Below are positions 1 to 7,324 of a DNA stretch of 16,549 nucleotides, piece after piece. The translations under genes and the position numbers were made by a program. The stretch covers positions 1 through 16,549 of the forward strand of contig CAYSDH010000019.1 of NCBI GenBank assembly GCA_964429805.1. Reading direction: 5' to 3'. Below the pieces are notes generated by a model. The model saw only the letters and a program-made list of their open reading frames with translations. It made no database searches and had not been told where the DNA came from. How positions within the stretch are numbered: position 1 is the stretch's first letter; each line of letters opens with the position of its first letter. This DNA comes from an uncultured Flavobacteriales bacterium. GTDB taxonomy: Bacteria > Bacteroidota > Bacteroidia > Flavobacteriales_D > JABDKJ01.

Positions 1-380
1 ATGTATCCTCGCACTTTGAGCTTGCCGTCTTCCACCCAGATTTTACAGTCATAGGTTTTTCCTTCTTCACAGTCTAGTATGGTTCCGTCATCCCATTCCT
101 CATCGTCTTTGACCATGTTGCGGATAATCTCCATGCCAATTATTTTCTGGTCTTTGTCAGCGCCTTTACACTTGTCACATATCGGGTCAACAGGGTCTCC
201 TGGATCTGGGAAAGTTTGAATTATCTTACCGAAGACCTTGCCATCTCGCTCGAAAATCTCGACTACTGCGCGCGGCTTTCCTGTTTTGTCATCTATGGTC
301 TTCCATTTCCCTATCACACTCTGACCATAGCTCAGTGAGTAGAGACAAGTGAAAGCTAATAATACAAGTAGATTTTTCAT
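1..380 (-). CDS. DUF2147-family secreted protein, partial (start codon at 378-380; C-terminus lies beyond the window start)
   Basis: The minus-strand translation from the ATG (complement of 378-380) gives MKNLLVLLAFTCLYSLSYGQSVIGKWKTIDDKTGKPRAVVEIFERDGKVFGKIIQTF...CDKCKG...DCEEGKTYDCKIWVEDGKLKVRGY. It has a signal-peptide-like N-terminus and the GxW..D..TG...v.Ei...g..GKI / CxKC / DP..GktY...l...dgkL.vRGY pattern typical of DUF2147. It is absent from the ORF track because no stop lies inside the window. Confidence 0.7.
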   Translation of the reverse strand, partial: MKNLLVLLAFTCLYSLSYGQSVIGKWKTIDDKTGKPRAVVEIFERDGKVFGKIIQTFPDPGDPVDPICDKCKGADKDQKIIGMEIIRNMVKDDEEWDDGTILDCEEGKTYDCKIWVEDGKLKVRGY

Positions 381-399
381 GCTGTAAAAGTATCAAAGG

Positions 400-1620
400 T
401 CATGCCTCATTCGTATCCTCCACTCGTTTTAATGCGATAAACACGATAATAGTGGCGAGGCCCAGCAGCAAAGCGGCAAGAGCAAATGATGCTCCAGGGA
501 AATAAAACGGTGCCGAGTCTCCTACAAAATATGAAAAGGTCGACATGTATATAGTATAACCGAGCATGGTTGTGATGCTGGTCAGACCAGTGAGAGAGCC
601 CTGCAGATTTCCTTGCTCATTCTCTGGCACCTGATTAGAAATAAGAGACTGGAGCGTTGGCCCGGCTATTCCACCAAGCGCATAAGGTATTAAGAAGGCA
701 TAAAGCATCCACGGTTGCATCGCCATGCTAAAGAATACCATGCCTATGGTCCAAAGACAGAAGCCAATCTTGATGGTTGTTTTCGGTCCCCATTTGTCTA
801 CTGCTTTGCCGATGAGTAAGCCTTGCACTAACGACACCAGAGCACCAACAGCAACTAAGCTCCACCCTATTTCTGCTTCTGACCAGTTAAACGCCTCAAT
901 GGTGAAATAGCTCCACACGGCTGGCAAGACTTGTCCCGCCATGTTGACTAAGAAGAAGGCGAACACGAGCAAGCCTATGCCTGAAAATCGTCTAAGATGA
1001 AACAGCGATACGCCTGGTATCATTTTCGACACGTCAATATCTCTTCGATTTTCAGGCGCCAATGATTCGGGCACAAGGAAAAGACCAAACAGGAAGTTGG
1101 CAAAAGTCAGTCCAGCTGCTATGAGAAAAGGTAGACGAATGTCGACCACTCCAAAAATGCCACCAATGGCGGGGCCAATGATAAAGCCAAGGCCAAAGGC
1201 TGCACCAAGCACTCCAAAGTTTTTGGCTTTGTTTTCTGGGGTAGAGATATCGGCTATGTATGCCGAGGCCACGGTATAACTGGCGCCTGTAAATCCGGCA
1301 ACAAACCTCCCAACAAATAACCAGGCAAGGGTAGGCGCATAGGCATGGAGTAAAAAGTCTATGCTCAGCACAAATAGCGCACTCAGCAGGATTGGCCTAC
1401 GGCCAAATCGGTCACTCAATTCTCCCATAAAGGGAGCAAATAAAAACTGGGTTCCTGCATAGGCCAAGGTCAACCACAACCCATGAATGACCGCCTTATC
1501 AATTCCTTCTCCGGTGAGTTCCATAATCAAAGAAGGAATAACTGGAATGATGACCCCAAAGCCGATCATCTCGACCATGACCGTGATGAAAATGAATAGA
1601 AGCCGTCTGTTATTATTCAC
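400..1620 (-). CDS. MFS transporter, Tet/TCR-like drug:H+ antiporter family
   Basis: The 406-aa ORF has about 12 hydrophobic segments and the MFS signature GELSDRFGRRPILL after TM2. Overall layout (MNNNRR...IPVIPSL...GxLSDRFGRRP...GPxxGG) resembles TetA-class tetracycline efflux pumps. Confidence 0.85.
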   Translation of the reverse strand: MNNNRRLLFIFITVMVEMIGFGVIIPVIPSLIMELTGEGIDKAVIHGLWLTLAYAGTQFLFAPFMGELSDRFGRRPILLSALFVLSIDFLLHAYAPTLAWLFVGRFVAGFTGASYTVASAYIADISTPENKAKNFGVLGAAFGLGFIIGPAIGGIFGVVDIRLPFLIAAGLTFANFLFGLFLVPESLAPENRRDIDVSKMIPGVSLFHLRRFSGIGLLVFAFFLVNMAGQVLPAVWSYFTIEAFNWSEAEIGWSLVAVGALVSLVQGLLIGKAVDKWGPKTTIKIGFCLWTIGMVFFSMAMQPWMLYAFLIPYALGGIAGPTLQSLISNQVPENEQGNLQGSLTGLTSITTMLGYTIYMSTFSYFVGDSAPFYFPGASFALAALLLGLATIIVFIALKRVEDTNEA

Positions 1621-1726
1621 GGCCCCGAAGGTCTACATAATAATATTCTCGCAGGCGATTTTTACGCGCGGTGGTGATTGGCTCTTCTCAAGCAAGTGTA
1701 TATGCTGCCGTGCGGGCCACGCGCTC

Positions 1727-3451
1727 CTATTTAATATCCTTCTTCTCCAACCAATCTACACCCTTCGCCAGTTCTACTGAGCTAAATTCTAACTGGATGA
1801 CTCGCCTCTTTTTTTGCTTCGTTATTCGGCCAGACCGGTGCAGTGTTAGTGGTCTAAAAACATGCACTCCACCAGCTCCAACTTCACAGAGTGATGGGCT
1901 ACAGTTTTCTGTGATAAGTGTAATCTCTTCTGGGCTCAACTGTTTCTTGTGTGAGCCCGGCACCACTTCCAGTGCTCCGTTTTTTGCATCAGTGTCATTG
2001 AGGTGGACTCTAATACTGAACATACTTTTTGAGATGTCTAGAGGAGGCAGCACCTTAGTCACGCCATCACTCTCAGTCCAGGCGCGATAGCCTCTGAGGT
2101 TTCTCTTCTTGTCGACATTAATCATGATGTCTTGATGCCACGAGACAAACCAGTTGACATCCTTACTTTTTTCAAAAAGTGTAGCCTTCACCAAAAAAGC
2201 GTTGGGGTCTATTTTCGAGATTATGCGTTTCAGATTTTTATTGAAAAGGAGGTTTTCCAGTGTCGGTATTTCCTTTAGCAGTTGACGGATGCCAGCACTT
2301 TTCTTGCTGCTTTTAGTGACATACTGGTCTACTTGAGTGCCAATCTTGCGCAGTTCACGTCTGCTGTATATATGATTTAGCACACTGCTTCCTCGCTGGG
2401 TGAGGGTCATCATGGCGCGGTTGAGGCCCTTCACACTCAGTTCTGTATTGTAATTATCGACAGCACCTTCTACACGAGTTTTGATTCGTCTTCTGAGCGA
2501 TGCAGGAGATAGCACGTTGACTCCTTCACCAAAGCCCAGTATCTCTTTCTCAAGCTCAAAGTTATGTTGCACCGTTAATCCGATTATAAGTCCATGTGCG
2601 TCTTTGTGTATGGTGCGCTGCGAGTGGTGCAGCGGTTTGGTTATGACATATGGCGCATGCTGATGCGTGAAAAAAAGTTGGATGTCTTCGGCCTCTACAT
2701 TCTCACTGACTGAGACGCCTATCACATCACTAAAGTGCCAGTCCGAGTCAAAGACTTCATCTTCTAGATATACATCATTGCTATGTTTCATACTATGTAT
2801 TCTGTCTAAGGCGAGTGTGACGACTGGTGAGCGCTTCTTTCTCCTCCCGATTAAAAACCATCTGTTTCTAAACTCCTTAAGAAGGTACGGTCTAAATCGA
2901 AAAGAATTTGCCTGCCTCGCCTTAAATGATTGATAGGTGATCTCAATCACCTTTCGCTGAATGATGCTCTGATAGAGCGTGTCCAGATGCTCGAGACCTT
3001 TAAGGTTTTCATTTTTCTCAAAGTCGATGACTGATCGGGTAGACGTTTTTTGAGAATAAATATGGTCTTCTAGTTTTTGAACCATACCGTCTAGTCCGCG
3101 AAAGTGTGAGAATCCTTGAAACTGCTTCATGAATTCTACTGCCTCACTCAGCATGCCAAGGTCCTGTGTGCTGAGTGGAATATTTGTGATGGAATAGTCC
3201 GCGTCTTCATACGTGTAGTATCTCTTGTCAATGACAATAATGGGTGCGTTATACCCCAATTTGTCACTTCGCATGACTTGTATGTCGGCCTGTACGGTGC
3301 GCTTACTTACCCCTTTGTCAATTCCTTCATATTCGTAAAGTGCATCAGAGCAAGCATCGATAAGGTCTTCTAGAGTCCACTGTTTAAAGCGGTTTTGCAA
3401 GCATTTGTCTAGTGTTTTGTATCGTATGAGAGCGTTTCTGTTAACGGGCAT
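1727..3451 (-). CDS. Fusion protein: N-terminal HTH + WYL + WCX regulator module joined to a C-terminal PhyH-like Fe(II)/2-oxoglutarate dioxygenase domain
   Basis: A single uninterrupted 574-aa ORF. Residues ~1-70 look like a DeoR/WYL-type HTH (NALIRYKTLDKCLQ...LEDLIDACSDAL...SKRTVQADIQVM). Residues ~180-250 carry the WYL core (RNRWFLIGRRKKRSPVVTLALDRI). Residues ~290-335 carry a WCX-like tail (GLIIGLTVQHNFELEKEILGFGEGVNVLSPASLRRRI). The C-terminal ~230 aa carry PhyH hallmarks: W-x-WHQD, ALEVVPGSH and a distal H in LTLHRSGRITKQKKRRV. Confidence 0.7.
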   Translation of the reverse strand: MPVNRNALIRYKTLDKCLQNRFKQWTLEDLIDACSDALYEYEGIDKGVSKRTVQADIQVMRSDKLGYNAPIIVIDKRYYTYEDADYSITNIPLSTQDLGMLSEAVEFMKQFQGFSHFRGLDGMVQKLEDHIYSQKTSTRSVIDFEKNENLKGLEHLDTLYQSIIQRKVIEITYQSFKARQANSFRFRPYLLKEFRNRWFLIGRRKKRSPVVTLALDRIHSMKHSNDVYLEDEVFDSDWHFSDVIGVSVSENVEAEDIQLFFTHQHAPYVITKPLHHSQRTIHKDAHGLIIGLTVQHNFELEKEILGFGEGVNVLSPASLRRRIKTRVEGAVDNYNTELSVKGLNRAMMTLTQRGSSVLNHIYSRRELRKIGTQVDQYVTKSSKKSAGIRQLLKEIPTLENLLFNKNLKRIISKIDPNAFLVKATLFEKSKDVNWFVSWHQDIMINVDKKRNLRGYRAWTESDGVTKVLPPLDISKSMFSIRVHLNDTDAKNGALEVVPGSHKKQLSPEEITLITENCSPSLCEVGAGGVHVFRPLTLHRSGRITKQKKRRVIQLEFSSVELAKGVDWLEKKDIK

Positions 3452-3544
3452 TCACTAATAATTTCAAGAAAAATAAAGAAAAATATTTACTACGCAGAAA
3501 GAGTGCGCAGTTACACGTCAGCTTTGTACTGTCAACGGATGAGA

Positions 3545-3590
3545 ACGGCCCCGTTATCAAGTTTTTGCATTTGTAAGATGACGGGGCCAT
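3545..3590. promoter_or_regulatory. Imperfect inverted repeat (14-nt arms, 12/14 complementary, 20-nt AT-rich spacer) 94-139 nt upstream of the WYL-PhyH start; candidate operator
   Basis: ACGGCCCCGTTATC ...aagtttttgcatttgtaa... GATGACGGGGCCAT, read directly from the sequence. It lies in the promoter region of the minus-strand gene that starts at 3451. Confidence 0.3.
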
Positions 3591-3797
3591 ATCAAGACAA
3601 GCGTTCTTTAAATAAGGAAAAGACATTGTACTCGGTGCGCAACACAAGGCACCGAGAACTAAAGACGATGTATGGAAGGGTATCGACAGACCGGATGAGG
3701 GTCTCTGTATGGCCCCGTAGTATGATCTCGCTCTGCGATGTCATGTGCTGCTGGTCGAAATCAGTCCTATATCACCATGCTCTGTGGGTCGGAGGTT

Positions 3798-3940
3798 CGA
3801 TTCCTCCCTGGATGTGAAATCCAGTAGTTCAGCTAGGTTAGAACAACAGAATGGAAAACGCGGGTTCGAGCCCCGCCTCGACATCAATCGAGTAGCTCAG
3901 TTGGTAGAGCACTACACTTTTAATGTAGTGATACGTGAAA
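3798..3940 (+). pseudogene. Cluster of degenerate tRNA-like fragments: two T-arm plus 3'-acceptor remnants and a 5' half resembling tRNA-Lys(TTT)
   Basis: GGAGGTTCGATTCCTCC+CTGGATG (3798-3824). GTTCAGCTAGGTTAGAAC D-arm ... GCGGGTTCGAGCCCCGC+CTCGACA (3829-3893), with an anticodon arm about 7 nt too short. Then TCAAT followed by CGAGTAGCTCAGTTGGTAGAGCAC TACAC-CTTTTAA-TGTAG (3898-3940), which lacks a T-arm. The short linkers (T-CAAT) match the spacing in the intact array at 5558-5784. No fragment folds into a complete cloverleaf. Confidence 0.4.
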
Positions 3941-4253
3941 TGAAAATTCACAAATCAAAAGGTCTGACTTCGCCTTAAGTAAGTCAAAAAAGGAATAAAG
4001 CAATGTCTTCTGTCGAGTGTGAATTTCATACATGACAATCCGCAAAAGACCGTGTAACGGAGGATGCGCTTTTTGGCATCTATCACTTCAGCACTCAGAG
4101 TCCTTGTCACGCATGCTCACACAGTGTATATGCCAACTTGGATATGAATGCTCAACTGACAGAGAAAGAAAAGCTCAATCCAGCGCACCTCTCTAGTGGA
4201 TGAAGACTTGCTGAGTTCCTGTATTAAAAAATTAAAGAGTAAAAACAAATAAG

Positions 4254-5348
4254 ATGAATAGAGTAAGAATCAATCAAGGTAAAGTCGGTGTAGTCACCTA
4301 TAAAAGAGACTATAACAGACTGATAACAGCCGGTACACACTGGTTGAGTTGGGGCGAATCTTACGTACTGTATGACGTGAGTGTCATTTATAGCGCGGAT
4401 AAGGATTTCGACCTGAGAATGAGGCGTCCTGCTTTTGCTGGGCGTGTAGAGCTTATCGAAGTCAATGATGGTGAATTGGCCATGGTCCAGTTGCACGGAG
4501 CGTTTGTGAGACTGCTCGAAGTTGGTAGATACTTCTTCTTTAAAAGTCATCTCGAGTTCAAGGTGACGATGATTGACATCACTTCCACAAAGCAGATTGC
4601 TGGTTGGAATTCTGAGTTGCTTAACAGAACCGATTTGGTGCGGCATCAGCGAGTCTATGCGGTAGAGCCTTTTGAAAAAGGACTCATGTTCATCGATGGA
4701 GATTTTGTCGGCTTGCTCGACAAGGGTATCCACAGATTTTGGAAAAATGCGTCTGTGATTCAAGTCTTCAAGGCTGATATGAGACAGATGACTCAAGAGG
4801 TTAATGGTCAAGAAATCTTGACTAAAGACAAGGCGGCCATCAGAATCAATTTCAGCACGCAGTACCACATCACAGATGTGCAAAAGGCGCTCTTGGAGAA
4901 TAAAGATCATGAGAAGCAGCTCTACATGTTGACTCAATTGGCGTTGAGGTCTTATGTCGGTGGGCTTACGCTTGACGAGTTGTTGGAAAACAAAGAGTCA
5001 GTGAGTGACTACATCGTGAGCAGATTGAAAACAGAAATCTCTGATCTTGGTATCGCAGTAGATCACTGTGGTATAAAGGATGTCATTCTTCCAGGAGAAA
5101 TGAAGGAGATCATGAATCAAGTCATGATTGCTCAAAAGCAGGCTCAGGCCAACACCATCACAAGACGTGAAGAAACAGCATCTACGAGAAGCTTGCTCAA
5201 CACGGCCAAGCTGATGGAAGACAACCAGATGCTCTATAAGTTGAAGGAAATGGAGTACTTGGAAAGGATCGCAGACAGAATCGGTGACATCACCGTCTCT
5301 GGCAACGGTCAAGTAGTAGATCAGCTCAGGCAGATCTTTGTGAAGTAA
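4254..5348 (+). CDS. SPFH/band-7 (stomatin/prohibitin-like) domain protein, apparently soluble (no N-terminal TM helix)
   Basis: The 364-aa ORF has an SPFH core: QEILTKDKAAIRINFSTQYHITDVQKALLE ... LRSYVGGLTLDELLENKESV ... LGIAVDHCGIKDVILPGEMKEIMNQVMIAQKQAQANTITRREETAS, followed by a coiled-coil-like tail. The first ~140 aa have no hydrophobic segment. The opposite-strand ORF 4224-4937 is regarded as spurious. Confidence 0.75.
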   Translation: MNRVRINQGKVGVVTYKRDYNRLITAGTHWLSWGESYVLYDVSVIYSADKDFDLRMRRPAFAGRVELIEVNDGELAMVQLHGAFVRLLEVGRYFFFKSHLEFKVTMIDITSTKQIAGWNSELLNRTDLVRHQRVYAVEPFEKGLMFIDGDFVGLLDKGIHRFWKNASVIQVFKADMRQMTQEVNGQEILTKDKAAIRINFSTQYHITDVQKALLENKDHEKQLYMLTQLALRSYVGGLTLDELLENKESVSDYIVSRLKTEISDLGIAVDHCGIKDVILPGEMKEIMNQVMIAQKQAQANTITRREETASTRSLLNTAKLMEDNQMLYKLKEMEYLERIADRIGDITVSGNGQVVDQLRQIFVK

Positions 5349-5355
5349 AGAAAGT

Positions 5356-5379
5356 GGGCCCCGAAAAGGGTCGGGGCCC
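5356..5379 (+). terminator. GC-rich hairpin (9-bp stem GGGCCCCGA/TCGGGGCCC, 6-nt loop) directly after the SPFH stop and 7 nt before tRNA-Lys
   Basis: The stem-loop is visible in the sequence. No U-run follows it (the sequence continues atatatg), so it may be an insulator or processing hairpin rather than a classical intrinsic terminator. Confidence 0.4.
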
Positions 5380-5385
5380 ATATAT

Positions 5386-5458
5386 GTATTCGTGGCTCAA
5401 TTGGTAGAGCACCGTGCTTTTAACACGGGGGTTGAAGGTTCGATTCCTTCCGGGTACA
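5386..5458 (+). tRNA. tRNA-Lys (anticodon TTT)
   Basis: Cloverleaf read by hand: acceptor GTATTCG/CGGGTAC (two G-U pairs), D-arm GCTC-AATTGGTA-GAGC, anticodon stem CCGTG/CACGG, loop CTTTTAA, T-arm GAAGG-TTCGATT-CCTTC, discriminator A. CCA is encoded (5459-5461). Confidence 0.85.
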
Positions 5459-5493
5459 CCAAAATAATAATTGTGTCTATTGCCCAGTGCATA

Positions 5494-5547
5494 AGACTTC
5501 GCTCATAGAGCGAAGTCTGTCCTGAGCTTGTTGAGGGGATTCCTTTT
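5494..5547. repeat. Conserved tRNA-array spacer element containing the hairpin AGACTTCGCTC-ata-GAGCGAAGTCT; an inverted homolog lies at 12651-12700
   Basis: An 11-bp perfect stem with a 3-nt loop at 5494-5518. The downstream stretch ...tcctgagcttgttgaggggattcctttt is about 84% identical (42/50) to the reverse complement of 12651-12700. Confidence 0.6.
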
Positions 5548-5557
5548 AGGCACATGT

Positions 5558-5629
5558 GTATCCGTAGCTCAGTGGTAGAGCGTTTGTTTGTTAAGCAAAG
5601 GGGCGGAGGTTCGAACCCTCCCGGATACT
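5558..5629 (+). tRNA. tRNA-Asn (anticodon GTT)
   Basis: Acceptor GTATCCG/CGGATAC, D-arm GCTC-AGTGGTA-GAGC, anticodon stem TTTGT/GCAAA, loop TTGTTAA, T-arm GGAGG-TTCGAAC-CCTCC. Confidence 0.8.
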
Positions 5630-5633
5630 CAAT

Positions 5634-5705
5634 GGTCTATTGGTCCAATGGCTAGGATTCCTCACTGTCGATGAGGTGGAAAGGGTTCGATTCCCTTATA
5701 GACCG
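5634..5705 (+). tRNA. tRNA-Asp (anticodon GTC)
   Basis: Acceptor GGTCTAT/ATAGACC, D-arm GTCC-AATGGCTA-GGAT, anticodon stem CCTCA/TGAGG, loop CTGTCGA, T-arm AAGGG-TTCGATT-CCCTT, discriminator G. It sits only 4 nt after tRNA-Asn. Confidence 0.85.
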
Positions 5706-5713
5706 CAATTTAC

Positions 5714-5784
5714 TGCCCGGTCGTCTAATGGCAGGACACCTCACTTTGACTGAGATTGTAGAGGTTCGAGTCCTCTCTGGGCAA
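5714..5784 (+). tRNA. tRNA-Gln (anticodon TTG)
   Basis: Acceptor TGCCCGG/CTGGGCA (one G-U pair), D-arm GTCT-AATGGCA-GGAC, anticodon loop CTTTGAC, T-arm AGAGG-TTCGAGT-CCTCT. There is one C-A mismatch at the top of the anticodon stem. It sits 8 nt after tRNA-Asp. Confidence 0.75.
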
Positions 5785-5862
5785 CATAGAGTCAAAATAA
5801 ATTTTACTGCGCATAAAGACTGCGTAGTGCCTCTTTTAATTTGTACTCAGAATGAAGAAATC

Positions 5863-7266
5863 ATGAAAGCACAAGAATTATTGACACTCGGTTATCCCGA
5901 ATCAAAGAGCATAGGAATCGCATTGACTCTTTCAGGTCAAATGAAAGAATGGACTAAAAAAGATCAATTGAAGGAATTCAAAAGAATCTTGGATCGTCCG
6001 ATTAATTATCTTAAAGATCCTTTGTTTAGTGAGTTAGCCAAATCGCTCATCGAGCCTGAAGCGCCTGAATTAGGTGTGCTCCGAGACAAGGCTTTGGACT
6101 ATACTATCTATGGTTCAGAAGGAATAGAAAACGGGGCACTGGAGCAAATCAGAATAGCCATGTCCTTGCCAGTAGCAAAGGCAGGAGCACTTATGCCTGA
6201 CGCCCATCAGGGTTATGGACTTCCTATTGGTGGAGTTCTCGCCACAGAAAATGCCGTGATACCTTATGGCGTGGGAGTAGACATAGGTTGCCGAATGTGT
6301 ATGAGCATATACGAGTTGCCTGCCTCTGCGACCAGAGAGCGAAAAGAAGAGTTGAAGAAAATGCTTCTGACTAATGCAAAGTTTGGTCGTGAAACATTTA
6401 AGCGGCCTAAAGATCATGAAGTGCTGAGCAACTCGCTCTTTGATGAGATACCTCTTTTGAAGACCTTGAAGAAAAAGGCCTACTCACAGATTGGTTCATC
6501 GGGCGGTGGAAATCACTTTGTAGAATTTGGTACGGTAGAGATTTTTGAAGAGGACGATCAGATTGGCCTAAAGCCTGGAAAGTACCTCTCGCTATTGACG
6601 CATTCTGGTTCTAGAGGATTTGGTGCGACCATTGCTAATCACTACACACGATTGGCACGAGAACTTTGTCCTCTTCCTTCAAGAGCCAAGAACTTGGCTT
6701 GGCTAGACTTGGATACAGAAGCTGGTCAAGAGTATTGGTTAGCCATGAATCTTGCCGGTGATTACGCCTCGGCATGTCATCATCAGATTCATGAGCGCAT
6801 GGCGGTCGGCTTAAGAACCACTCCGTTGGCCATGATTGAGAACCATCACAATTTTGCCTGGAAGGAAAAAGATGTTGATGGAAACCAAATCATAGTGCAC
6901 CGTAAAGGTGCCACGCCAGCTGGTGAGGGAGTTTTGGGAATCATTCCTGGTTCGATGACCGCTCCGGGTTTCATAGTCAGAGGAAAAGGTAATCATGAGT
7001 CCATTAACTCTGCCTCTCATGGTGCCGGTAGACAGATGTCAAGATCAAGAGCGAAGTCAAGCATCAAGCGATCTGACATGAATGACCTTCTTGGAAAAGT
7101 AGGTGTCGAAGTCATCGGTTCTGGTCTTGATGAAGCGCCACAGGCCTATAAGGATATCCATCAAGTAATGGAGCACCAAAAAGACCTGGTTGATGTCATT
7201 GGCAAGTTCCAGCCAAAGCTTGTCAGAATGTGTGGTGATAAAGAGTTGAGAAAAATCGACTCGTAA
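5863..7266 (+). CDS. rtcB: RtcB family RNA 3'-phosphate/2',3'-cyclic phosphate-5'-OH ligase
   Basis: RtcB motifs are present: GALMPDAHQGYGLPIGGV, GVDIGCRM, SSGGGNHF, HSGSRGFG, NHHNF, HRKGAT, IPGSMTAPGFIV and SHGAGRQMSRS. The ATG at 5863 was chosen because the 192 nt of the ORF-track ORF before it overlap the tRNA-Gln and tRNA-Asp genes. Confidence 0.9.
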   Translation: MKAQELLTLGYPESKSIGIALTLSGQMKEWTKKDQLKEFKRILDRPINYLKDPLFSELAKSLIEPEAPELGVLRDKALDYTIYGSEGIENGALEQIRIAMSLPVAKAGALMPDAHQGYGLPIGGVLATENAVIPYGVGVDIGCRMCMSIYELPASATRERKEELKKMLLTNAKFGRETFKRPKDHEVLSNSLFDEIPLLKTLKKKAYSQIGSSGGGNHFVEFGTVEIFEEDDQIGLKPGKYLSLLTHSGSRGFGATIANHYTRLARELCPLPSRAKNLAWLDLDTEAGQEYWLAMNLAGDYASACHHQIHERMAVGLRTTPLAMIENHHNFAWKEKDVDGNQIIVHRKGATPAGEGVLGIIPGSMTAPGFIVRGKGNHESINSASHGAGRQMSRSRAKSSIKRSDMNDLLGKVGVEVIGSGLDEAPQAYKDIHQVMEHQKDLVDVIGKFQPKLVRMCGDKELRKIDS

Positions 7267-7324
7267 TATATCTTTAATGCCAACCACAATAAGGTCAGTG
7301 GCCCTCTGGGTCGCTGGCCTTTAG

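Noticed and set aside
3798-3940. A circularly permuted (two-piece) tmRNA or permuted tRNA gene, suggested by the 3'-acceptor-then-5'-acceptor order
   Set aside because: There is no CCA, no tag-peptide reading frame, no pseudoknot-rich body and no complete cloverleaf. Permuted ssrA is not a Bacteroidetes feature. Decayed tandem tRNA genes explain the pattern better.
3441-3978. Small ORFs (68-104 aa) across the WYL promoter and the tRNA-remnant region
   Set aside because: They overlap tRNA-like sequence and an intergenic promoter region, and their composition does not look coding.
4224-4937. 237-aa ORF antisense to the SPFH gene
   Set aside because: It is fully embedded opposite a gene with clear SPFH homology, the protein resembles no known family, and it is a typical spurious antisense ORF.
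3940-5386. A tRNA-Lys-targeted integrative element (att duplication of the Lys 5' half at 3898-3940 versus intact tRNA-Lys at 5386)
   Set aside because: The intervening 1.4 kb holds only the SPFH gene and no integrase or excisionase. The duplicated piece is the 5' half, whereas integrases normally duplicate the 3' half.
5671-5862. N-terminal 64 codons of the ORF-track ORF 5671-7266
   Set aside because: This stretch overlaps the tRNA-Asp and tRNA-Gln genes, and the conserved RtcB sequence begins at the internal ATG at 5863. It is an ORF-caller extension, not coding sequence.
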